Shown here: positions 14,617 through 26,500 of the stretch, piece after piece
Position numbering within the stretch: position 1 is the first letter of the stretch
Layout: each line of letters starts with the position of its first letter
Assembly (NCBI GenBank): GCA_001949185.1
Contig: BDGG01000001.1
Location: forward strand, 921,153-985,152
DNA length: 64,000 nt
Direction: 5' to 3'
Source of the DNA: Ramazzottius varieornatus
Taxonomy: Eukaryota > Animalia > Tardigrada
Position numbers and translations under genes: made by a program
Notes under the pieces: generated by a model
Database searches by the model: none
Seen by the model: the letters and a program-made list of their open reading frames with translations, nothing else
What the model was told of the DNA's origin: nothing

Positions 14617-17600
14617 TTGGAGGATCGGAAAGTGTCGTGTTCTGTAGATCCTCAGAGGAAGTTTCGACTGAGGCGCCCAAGCGAGAAAACTATAACGTAT
14701 CGCTTCAGATAAGACGAAAGGGGGGACAAACATGTTGCCCGGTAAGGCACTTTTGTGGATTGGCCCATGGTCGATTTGGTCGATATGAAGTCCAAGAAAG
14801 GGAGTACAGAACAGGAAGAGAAAGACTGTGATAATGAGGAGATGGATGGACAGGATAAGACGGGAAACCTAGCGGGCATTTACGATGCCGCGTTAGCAAA
14901 TTAGCAGTTCATTAGGCCATGATGGTCAGTCCCGTCCATGGCCGTCAATAGACTGTGGTCAATTGCGGGGACAGCGCATTCCAGCCAAGCGTAAAGGCTT
15001 AGTGGGGACGGGGCGATGGGCTAATAGACCTGATTGCAGGCTGATTGTTTGCAGGACCTAGGGAGGCCAAGACGTGGCCTGGACGGAAAGGCTGGTTGTG
15101 GCCCCGGGTGGTCAATCGGCCAGATTGTCCTCGCTAGGGAATTGACTGTTGCCCAGGCTTTCAACAAGTCCTGTTGGGGCTTTATGACGCGCAGTCAATG
15201 CAAATGGTCAATAATAACTGATGAATGTCAACTATCGGCAGTTACTCTGTCGGGACCTTGTGACCGGAAGAAATTCGTTGGACAAATAAAAATATGAAAA
15301 TAAAACAGTAGAAAGATGGGAGCGGTGCGATCTGAAAGCTAAATATAGCTGAATTTTGGACAAAAATTAAATTGCAGAAAAATGGCCAGAATTAATTTCT
15401 TCCCATGTCTCTGGCTTACTTTCTAAGAAGGGTTACAAAGGAGGAAAAGGTAATTAGGATGAAAAGAGCAGCTGTTCTTCTGTTGGCTGCTGTAATGCAC
15501 CGTGGTAGCTTCAGCTGACTTTTGAGGAAGTGTGCATCCATTATTGCGGGATCAGAAGGGATTAAATATCTGTTTGATGGATGATGGAAAGTAAGCTTGG
15601 CTCATGAGCATTCACGACTTGTCAGTAGCTGCTTATGCGTGTGAAATAAAGTAGGAAGGGCTCATTTCCATCTTTTCTATTTTGCGAAGGAAGTTCGGAC
15701 CGTGGTCAGCGCACATTGTGTTATTGTTCATTTTGTCGGTGTGGAGGGTGACATGACCCCAACTGTGCGTGTTTGTATGAACGATGCACCCCAGTCAAGT
15801 TGATTGCAAAGTCAGCGGGCCATTCCGCACGCCCACCAGCAACTATATTTGAAGGGGAACTGGAAATGCAGAAATAGAAGTATGATGGGTGTCATTTATT
15901 ATCCACATACCTCGGCAACTTCTCACTTTACGCGGATTGAATATTTTTGTTCCTGTGATGTTGACGTGCGAGATGCTGAATAGAGCTGATACCAAGACTG
16001 ACTATCATGAAAAGCCCAGATGCTTTTCGTGGTGGTCTTTGCAAAAAAATTGATAAAGCCTCATTTGATGTGAAACTGAAGCGAGAATGAAAATTTGGTA
16101 CGAGCGCCGGGCATGGTTTCAGAATTTTGAAAGTTTACAATGGAGTGTGAAAGGCGTTGTCGTAAAGACACGTTCTCAAGTACAGATCGCTTTCTGCTGC
16201 AATGGAGGAACAAGTGTCTCCTGGGTGGAAACGAGAACGAAGGTTTGAATGCCTTGAGTTCAAAATAAGGATCGAACAAGTAGTGTGCGTTCCCACTTGA
16301 AGGTCGACTCTTGCTTTGCACTTTCTTCCATAGGCTAATTGTCCTTTGACAAATATTACTAAGCGCTTTGGGTCCTTTGAAACGCTCTTAATTATCCCTT
16401 GAGAAAGCAAAGGCTTGACCAGCGGTCAGCTGGCCTTGATACGCCTTTCACGGAACCATACAAAATGGACCTTGGTTTATTAGCCTTACCCGGTGTTGTT
16501 TCGACTGGTCAGTTTCACCGTTGTGACATGCTATTTCACGTGGTTGGAACATCAACGTTGTAATTCGTGGCTTATGAATTCACGTGGAAGAAGGGTGTTT
16601 CGAGCAGCCAAGTTTGCTTAGGGTTGATCAGAGTAACGAAGCGAGTTCGATCGTGCATGAAGGATTAACGTGTCTTTGTATTTGGGTCTCAAAGGCGAAG
16701 GAAGGAAGAAAGGGAGAGGTGTAGAAAGGAGGAAGGGAAGAAGGTGCAGGAGGCGATAATGAAGGCACTTAATTAGTTGTGAACGACAGGACGATATCGC
16801 TGGCCATCTTGGCACAACATACAACGGGTTAGCTTGTGTTCCGTATGCCTGCATGTCAGCTGGGAACAGTCCAAGAAAAGCTGCTTTGTGGTCATTGTGG
16901 ACTTTTCAGCCGGCTTTTGTGGACTTCGGTTTCGTTCACAGGTAAATTACAACCAAGGGAATTTGAACAGTTGGCTGACAGCAGGCTTTGAAGTCTTGGG
17001 CAGGTATATGGTTTACGGTGAGCGCTTTACGGCAAAAGGTTTTGTGGACATTGGAGGTTGAAATTAGGAATGGACATTTAAAAGCTGAATAATAGTGAAT
17101 AGAAGGCATTGTAGTAATGCTGTCCGCCAGTGAAAGTCACACCACTCAAGCGCGTCCGCCACTGGCCATATCACAAACTCCCGATAAGAATGTGGGCTAC
17201 TCCTAGTCTTGCATACTCCCTTGAGGGACGAAGCTAAAGGGAGGTGATGCTGACGATCAACACCGCTTCTCTGAGAATGGTAAAATATGGCAGGAATTTG
17301 TAAACATATCGCTCCGATCCGTACCGTGTGGTAGGTTCTCTCGATCAAGGCAGTGCACAGTTTTGTGAGTATCATGGGGGTTACAGACGTTTCTGTTTCT
17401 AGGGAAAAGTATTCGAAGAAAAGGTTGCATCTGGAGTGCGGACAAAGATGTTTTGAGGCTTATCGGTCAGTATGGAATTCACGGAAATTGAGATTGTGCA
17501 GAAGTGGACAGCGGTCATAGAGTCAGAAGACTGTTGAGTCGGAGAGGCAAAGACGAGAGGAATTAGTGCGAATCTGATGAGTAAACAGAAGGGTAATCTG

Positions 17601-19670
17601 TAGGGTGTATTGACCAACATCAAGTTGTCGCTTTTAACGAGCGTTGATGGAAGAGTGTTAACGTCTGGCCAGGGGAAGAAAGATGCGGATCATTCTTGAG
17701 ATTGGCGAAGCGAACGATAAGCTCAGCTTTCCATGCAAATCTCTTCGGTCCACCGAACGCTTGACTTGCATCCCTCCCCAACGTCTGGTCTGGAATTGTG
17801 AATATGCAAAGCCCGAACGCCCTTATAGACAGTGGAATTTCTGGTTTCCAAAAGAATGTGTTGGAAAGTCTAAGATGTGGAGCAGAAACAAAGAAGAGGA
17901 TTTTTGGTGGCGCGACAATCGTTGCGCTTTGATTATGATCGAACTTCCAGAATGCACCTCCCAAACCTCAGCTATAATTCCAGCAGAACGAGAGCTGGAT
18001 TCATCAACATCCATAAACGTCATTCGACGTTCGGACGATTGTATTTTCATGATTGAAAATTTTAGTGAAAATTCTAGGATCAAGCCGCCGAAATCGCGCC
18101 ACGATCTTCTCGACGGCTTGATTGGATGACAACAGAGAGTCAGCAAAACTTCAAGCTAAAAATCGAACGTCATGAGATTTATGTCTTTGCGCTTTCAAGG
18201 TCTGTCAGAAATCGGGATACTTTATAAGCCCATAAACTCGAGATCCCCTGGTCAGTCGAGGTGCTGCTTCGCCTCGTAAATCACAAGGAAGCCAATTCAG
18301 CAGAGACGCGAACGTGATAACACCATGGCAAGGTTATATCGTGCCTTACAGCCATTACGCATTTCTTACGCTTCCTTTCTTTGATGCAATTTCCAGTTTG
18401 ACTCGCATTTTTATATCTTCTCGTATTTCAATGGGACAGGAGGGAGATGGGCAAGATACTGCTTGTCCGTGCGTGTACCGTCATTTGACACCATCCCGGC
18501 CACTTGAAATCTGCCCCACTAACATCCATTCAACTCATCTCTAAACATGTCCCTAACATGTTTGTCAATCAATTTCCCCCAGCTTGACTAATCACTGCCT
18601 TATTATTAGCATGCACTCCACATGTGTTTCCCGAAACCCGAGACCGAACTGCTAGGTTTTTTGATTATTATTCCAAATAAATTACCCAGCAAGAAAAACA
18701 ATCAAAAGATCGGGTTTCAGGCTGAATGGTTCTTGGGTGGCTTCTGGCGCGAATATGGCAAGTATTAAAACAACGGGGAAGGAAAAGCTAGACCAGACAG
18801 GTGTCCTTGGCTCAGTCGGCTGGACCAGCGTTATGGCCAATAAAACCATTGAATCAGGAAAAATAATATGAAACAGAGCAAAACACAGCTGTGATTATTG
18901 CTTCTTTTGAAATGTACTAAACGGAGTGTTTTCGCGAAGTGAAGGACTGACGATGGTTGAAATGAGCAAAAACAACACGCAGTCAACGTAATCTCCTCTG
19001 CTTGAACTGCCGACGATTTGGGAGATTAAACATAAGAACTGCTCTTTAACTGTCAAAAGCGATGTCCTTCGTCATTTCTTTGACTGCGCTGAAAACGTAT
19101 TACGGTCTAGTTTTACAGTGAAACTACACACAAAAATCCACAGAATAACAGAACCATCAGTTTGGACTTTGGACAAACAATACCAGACATAATCCGCGAA
19201 AAAAATTACCAACTACGTTTAAATTACTTTTGTTACATCGCAATCAAAACAGTTTTTGAGTCAATGGCTTACTTCCTTGTCATCTGATTGCACTGAATTT
19301 TCTTTGAATTTGTGGCCATTATTCTAAATAGCGCAGTTAGTGTCCTCCATTGTAAAGATCTATCGCGATTTTTCCTACGTACTGAGCACGTGTAGGAGCT
19401 GTGAAACTCGATTATTTGGAAATTAATCGAGGGACAGTTGGATAAGGGGGATGAGAACACTTGAGTAGATCGCATATTGACATGGATTACACAGTTGAAG
19501 AGTGAGGAAGATGAAGAGCGAGAGCTTGGAATTAATCAAAAGAGGATAGATAACGCGAGCGGCTGTGTGAAGTGGTTATTTACAAATACTGAAGTGTCGC
19601 TAATGTGTAATCTCCTCATTTTTATCTTTCAGAGTGAACAGAGAGAAGATGGTCGTTTATCAGAGTTCTC

Positions 19671-19810
19671 TTCCTTGTTTGCAGATTCCAACCGTGCTGA
19701 ACCCCTTTCGACCACCGGATGGCGGTATATCATGAGCGAATCGAACTGGTCTTTGGCGGACTTTTACTGCTGCTCAGTATACATGAATCATGAGCACCCT
19801 CTTGAAATAT
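19671..19810 (+). pseudogene. Degenerate duplicated fragment of YIPF5 (source ~9095-9260, exon plus flanking intron)
   Basis: TTCCTTGTT..AGA...GTGCTGAA.CCCTT.CG.C.ACCGGATG...TATCATGAGCGA...CTTTGG.GGACTTTTACTGCTG is shared with YIPF5, with an internal deletion. Confidence 0.7.
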
Positions 19811-20158
19811 GGACAAAATTAAATGTTGATAGTGAGAGCAACAAGCACGAAATTCGAAACCATTAACTGGGGTCAAACGTGTAAAATGTACCACCAGCTT
19901 GATGATAAAAATAACAAACTAACACGATAGATCTAAACAAGGACCATAAGCACGTAACATAATGGTTGAGCAGGAAGGTCTTGGTCATGCTGAAGAAGCC
20001 GGGGATCATCCCAAAACACCGACAATGACCGAGACCAACCCTTTTGCATGTTCTACTGTACAAGAAGGGCCCGTAAAAGCTCCAAGAACCGCAGACCTAC
20101 AGAAACCTCTCTTAAAATACTGAAGGCAAGACACGATCGATTCAGTGGGGCAAGGCGC

Positions 20159-20328
20159 GTCGATTGGGTGCGTCGTATCCGTCCTGGGCTACTGTCTGCT
20201 GCCCATGGTCCTGCTCTCGGCCATATCCATCATTGCTGCGCTCCAGTAAGCCCGCATTCATATTCATAACGCACTGCAGTTCCTGTCTTTTGAATAAAAT
20301 GAATAAATTGCTCGCTTGGTTGCAGAGG
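20159..20328 (+). pseudogene. Near-identical duplicated fragment of YIPF5 (source 9393-9563) including a whole intron
   Basis: About 170-bp direct copy with roughly 6 differences; the GTAAG...TTGCAG intron is retained. Confidence 0.92.
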
Positions 20329-21240
20329 TACCAGAGAGATTCCAAGGTCGATTTGGGGCGGGAGCGCATGGTTGGGTCAGGTTGGCATCCCAAGAAACTT
20401 CCCTGCCAAGTTTTCATGTGGCTTTCCCTAGTTTTATCTCTTGCTTTCGAGATCTGCGGTACTGGTCCTGTTGGTGGGGATCACTATGTTCGTGAAATCT
20501 AAAGCACATGTCGAGGCGACTACGGCGAGGGTCACGAAGGAAATTACTCTACACGTGTATACAAAGGGTGGTAAATTGCGGAGCAAACTTGAATTGGAAT
20601 GGCTGGGAACAGTATACAGTAGGTTGGTTAAGCAGTGACCTGCTTTTTGACGGCAGCCCGTCAGTAAAAAAATTCCTTTCAGTCAAGAGACAAGAGTAAT
20701 GGTGAGCAATGGGATGGCGTGCTTGTTCGGACACGCAAGATTCCCTCATCACGATAATCGCTGCTCACATGCGGCAATAATGCCGATGGCTGCCAGAGAG
20801 TTTTCCCTTTGGACCATTTTTGATAAATAGCACGCGAGTGTGAAGCTTGACTGTAATTTACGGCCATAAAGAATTTAGTTTCCCAAGCAAGGAGTTTGCA
20901 GAGCAGAAATGCCGGTTCTACTTTCACAACGGAACGTGGAAGAAAAGTTAAAACAGGTAATGGTAACTTCCACTTCTTGCAAATTACAACACTTGAATTT
21001 GTCACAGCTCAGATGTTTAAATGGAAAGTTCGACTGTAGAATCGACTCTTACTAAAATCCATTTTTGTTCTGATTCATCTCAGCCCAAAATGGTACTTTT
21101 GATGCATTGAGCTCTGACGGTTGTAAGATCTGTTAGAATACTTCCAGCTACCATGTTACAAAGACTGAATTATACAAAGACACGTCATCACGCACCAGGA
21201 ATGAAAAGAGTAAAACAGTACAAACAGGAATAAAAAAGAA

Positions 21241-22859
21241 TCAGTTATGGCCAGTTTGTGACATGATGAGCCAGCTGATAATGAGGTAAAAGAGAAAAAT
21301 GGGATAGACTGACAGGGCTTTCCGGTTAGGTTGTTGAGTGTCTCCGAGGAAGACCACAGATGCTGCAAAGCACACAAGCAGGATGAATACTCTTCTACTA
21401 CACGATGACACAAAATGCAGCGCGCTGAAAGACAGGTAAGTCGATGCTAAATTGATTTTTAAATAACGACCCCATGTAGAGTCAAAAGTGTGTCAAGCAA
21501 ATTTAATCCTGTAACCCTTCCAGCTGTGGAGGGCCTTATTTAAGCACAGAAAGGACTCCTGCCTAGGTAAAAGGAGGTAAATGAGGTAATCGGATGACTC
21601 TTCGCTCTCCTAAGTGTTCTCATCCTCTTTTCGCTTTTTTGGGTTCGATCGATAGTGAAACTATGTCAAGCGATGAATTTCAATCCAGAAAAAAATCAAT
21701 ATCTATAACAATATTTTCCAGTTTTATTTCAACATTACCCCAAGTTGCCCACAAGAATCCCACTGTTATGACGGTAGTTCTCAGGGCAAAGAGGACTGTT
21801 CCATGAAGTGCGATGGCGAAGATGCGACAAGCAATCAGAGCTAGTGCCTCAGGTAGCAAGCAGTAGCCGAGAATGCAAACACTTTGGAAAAATGATCTGT
21901 AGGAGGATAAAGGCATGTTTCAGTGCTGTATGGTGAATTAGTCTTGTGGCCGTCGATAACGGATGTTATTCGGTCACTCGACACATTTACCACTGATGTA
22001 CAAAGCAGGACAAAGTGGGCAAAGTACAGGTAATGGACTGTCCAAAAATAATTAGTATTCCTTACATGTTGCCGCCAAGCAGCTTGGAATTCAGGGTTAC
22101 TATCACCGAGCCTAACGCCACCAGAAGAAATATTTGAGCGAATTCTGGACCGGCGTTGTTGTCGGCGGTTTTATCCGCGTTGGCACCCTGCAGCATGCTG
22201 CAACAAAGAACATTCGTCAACACTAATCATGCAAACTTGGGCAAAAAGGCGCTCCCTGGCGAAGTACCAGACAAAGCGCCACCTGCTAAGTAGCTCCATT
22301 CTTGCCAAAGAGAAAGCTCCGCCTCTATGACTCATTCACAACTTGGCCTTGATTGATACAGCAGGTTGATTTTTGCTGCTATATTGCTTTTAGAAATGTG
22401 TGTTGAAATTTTGTTAAGAAATGCGCATCTTCCATCAGACTTACATCGCCACGAACGTACACAGTATCAGAGGTCCCCATAGATCCCCTGGAAAAAAACC
22501 CGATAAAGTGCGCAGAGGAGAACCGCTCGAAACACGGATAAAAAGCTCACAGTCACGGAGTAATTTCTGGCCTTTGTGAGGTATCAACACGTGGAAGAAT
22601 TTCTGTCCGATTGCTTTCACGTCCCGAAACTAAAACAACAAGATGTGATCGGCTAACGCTCTTCAGGCGCCTGAAACGGTTAATAACGGGGAGATATTTT
22701 ACGTACAACAGTGTCTTTGATGGGCTCATCCAAAGTGTTCAGGTCTTCGAAGGAAGGTCCAGTCCGTCCGGCTGCAGCAGATGGCACGTCCATGTCGCCT
22801 TCCACGAACGATCCTGGATACGACGGTGGTGCTTCAAAATTCGTCCCTTGTAGTGTCAT
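21241..22859 (-). CDS. YIPF6: Yip1 domain family member 6; six short exons, head-to-head with msps
   Basis: Spliced translation MTLQG...NTLDEPIKDTV|FRDVKAIGQKFFHVLIPH..LLRD|WDLWGPLILC|...GPEFAQIF...TLNSKLLGGNI|SFFQSVCILGYCLLP...|RKALSVYPIFLFY...*. Confidence 0.92.
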
Positions 22860-23541
22860 CGTGTAGCGTGTCCTTTCGGCCTATAACGATAGACAGCAAA
22901 AAGGAGGTCTTCTGTAATTTTTCGCAGTGAAACTTCAGGAGAAGTTCGGGAAAATTAATAAAATAGTAAATTGAAATTCACACCACAAATAAACCAATAC
23001 TGCCCGAGAACCAATTCGATTGATTGATTAAGTTCATCAAGTTTTTAAAACTGCCTGATGAGTCATGAAGTTTTCATCAGGGTGACGACATAAGGCATGA
23101 CTCACATTGAGCACAGAGAGCCCCCGCTCTCAGTTAAAGTTTACCGTGACGTACTCGTGCGAAAATACAGTAAGCACAATACAACGGTTCACGCATTTCG
23201 TCGACAGACTCGACACGACTGTTTCGTTGATCAGCTTTTGGAGCTTTGCTGCAGTTTTGCAGCGTCTTCTGGTGGACTTCTTTTGTTCCTTTCTGGATCG
23301 ACCTATTCCCCATTCCTTTCATATTCGACAGTGGGCCGATCTATAAAGTCTAACTAGCCTGGGATGCGAGTTTGATCTGGACGTCGAAACTGGAGAGTGG
23401 TAAACGCCAACAGACGGTAACGTTGATTTATTGGTAAATTTGAGGTAAGTACTGGCTGGATTCACAGGAAAATATTCCTTGTGTTAGTCTGTGCTGAAAG
23501 TACTTTCGTATGTGTTTACAGGAAGCTTCTTCGACTTCGTC

Positions 23542-26500
23542 ATGACGGACAAGGAGGCACCAGAGGGAGAAGATCCCAAAAACATCCCGTTGGAGCAGAG
23601 GATTGAGCACAAGGTCGGTTGATGCGCGTTTACGGATCTTACGACTGTTATCTACTCGATCTTCATGACTGTTGTAGTTTACGTCAGTGTTTGTGTTCCT
23701 TAGAACTGGAAATGCCGTGCTCATGGCTTCGAGGAGTTGGCCAAGCAGAAGTTTCCCATGGCCGATACACCTGACGATATTGACTTCAAGAAATACGCCA
23801 GCAGCGTCAAAAACTTCGTACAAGATTCCAACGCTGCTGCTCACGAAAAGGGCCTCGAAGCAGCTTACTCTTTTGTTGATAACGCATCGCCCGCCATCTC
23901 TGGAAAGTAAGTCAAATACACTTTCGTAAATTAATTTAGGAAGTCCGGTAAGAATCGTCCAGAATACATGTACTCAAGTTCATGTCTCAGCTTCGAGCTA
24001 GTGGCTGGGCGCGACATGCATCAGCACACGTGTCCTGTCGTATTGTCTGGATTTTGCAGCATGTGTGTGCATGGTGCGACGCTCGCATTGCTTAACCTGC
24101 GGCGCAGTGAGGTATAGCACTTTCACCGTGGCTGAAGTGTTTCCTCGTTTTCCAGAGTCTGCTCAGATGTGGTCGCTGCCATCATTGGCAAATGCTTCAC
24201 GGCTCGGCAAAAGCAGAAGGAGAAGGGTGTTGATATTATTCTGTTGTACTTTGAGATCGAAAAGCAAGAAGCAACGCTGGTAAGTCTTTGATCTCATTCT
24301 TGAGTATCGATTGACTTCTTACAAGTTCAACCTAATGGTTTTGCTTTTAGGAAGAGCTAGTCAAAGGTCTTTCGAACAAGTCGCCAAAGATTGTTTCCGG
24401 TTGCTTAAGTGTGATGCGCGATGCACTGCGGTAAGTCGAAAACTCGAAATAATAAGTACGGTACTTCTGAAAAGAAGCTTTTTCCATCGACGCATTTTCT
24501 TCTTCAGGACTTTCGGCTCAAAATACGTCACACTGAAGCTGATCATCAAGCCGACACTTCCTCTTTTGGAAGATCGTGACAAAAGCGTGCGAGATGAAGC
24601 GCGAGCCTTGCTGGCGGAAGTGTACCGATGGAGCGGGGAAGCCATTCGACCGGCGTTGAAAGAACTCAAACCCGCACAAGTTTGTCCATAAACTCCTTTA
24701 CTAACTTCCTTCTTCCAGGTTTCACTTCTGGGGAAAGTCGCTGACATGTTGACGTTCAGAGTTACGAAGCTTTATGGAGGTTTTGTTTCGCAGATGACCG
24801 AACTGGAATCAGAGTTTGAGAAGCATAAGAATGGCCCGAAAGTTGTGCCGGAAAAGCTGGTTCGAAGCGAACAGGCCAAAGCCAAAGTGGCCGTAGAAGC
24901 TCCTGACGGTGTAGAAGGCGATGCTGCTGCTGCAGGTAAGAATCAGAAACACTTACAATCACCTTTCGAGCTTTGCAGCATACTGGACAAAATGGGTTGT
25001 CTAAGTGGCGCACGTCTTCAGCCGATAAAACCGAAGAGGTGCGCCACTTGGGAAACCTAATCTTGTCAAATCTTTCTGTTGGGCTCCCGATTATATTCAA
25101 GTCTGCAAACAGAAAGTTGTACGGCTTCTGTGTGGAAATGGTTGATTATAGATTGTTTTTGGTGTAGGTGATGGGGCAGCGGAGGAAGAGGAGGACACAG
25201 TGAAAGCTGAGGATCTCGTCGAGCCTGTAAACATCATGCCGTATCTCACGGAAGACTTCTTCAAGAGTCTCCAGTCTGCCAAATGGTCAGACAGGAAAGA
25301 CAGCCTTGACATTCTCGACAAGCATTCTTCCACGCCAAAGATTGCTGAAGGCGATTTTAGCGGTCTCATAACCATCCTCCAAAAGGTGACTGCGAATTTC
25401 AGAGGAATATCCAAGTTTCAATCGACATATTTGATCTTTTAGTTAGAGATTCTGCTTTATTACCTTTAGATTGTTGCCAAAGATTCCAACGTGGTCTGTG
25501 TTGCTCTGGGTGCCAAATGCCTCGCCAACATGGCCAAAGGTCTCAACAAGAAATTCTCACCTTACGCCCATTCCGTAAGTATTCCTTTCCCTTCAATACT
25601 TTACTGTTAATGAACAGCCTTATGGATTTGTTCTGTGTATAAATCGAACATCTTCACTTATGGTTTGTTGACTGACGAATATTTTTCCCCTTTCAGTGCG
25701 TATCGATCATCCTGGAGAAGTTCAAGGAAAAGAAGGCCAATGTGGTAACGGCCTTGCAAGAGGCGATCGATGGATGCTTCTTATCGGTATACGGGCCATA
25801 AAATTACTCAATAGATCATCAGCAGCAAATTCTTCATGATTGTCACTCGAAAAAGATTCGATGAAGTTGAAATACAGTATATCTCGAAAATTGCTTGCAA
25901 TGTTCCTGTTATTTTTCAGTTGACTTTGGAGCAAATTTCTCAAGATATCATCGAATTTCTCGGTCACAAGACTCCATCAGTCAAGGCCGAGACTACCAAA
26001 TTCCTGGTTCGGTGCTTCTCCAAGTTCAACCCGGAAGACCTACCAAAGAAACTCCTGAAAGTCTTTCTGGAAGCTCTCATCAAGGCTTGTCCACCTTCCA
26101 TTCAAAATATTCCACATCTTGGTTTCGAAATTTCTCGAGTATGAAACGAAGTTCTGGTTTAGAACACGAATGATCCTGATGCGACTGTTCGTGATTCAGC
26201 ATTCGAAGCCATCGGCACAGCTTACAAGGTCGTGGGCGAAAAGACAATGGCACCGTTCCTCGTCGATGTGGATGACATCAAGAAGAAGCGGGTACTTTTG
26301 CTCGTTCAAAATTATGTCTATAAACCCAGCTTGACATTATTTCTCAAACATAATCAGTTAGGTTGTTTGCAAAGTGGCGCATGCTTATAGCAAAGTTAAT
26401 TCCACTTTTATTCATTAATACCGTGCGGCGGTTGTGAAAATGTTCCTGCCCAGATTGTTGCTGTTATTGAAACAGAATATTCATTTGTGGTTGGGTGGAT

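Noticed and set aside
24005-24085. Imperfect hairpin in msps intron 2
   Set aside because: Pairing is short and interrupted, with no H/ACA or miRNA hallmarks I can support.
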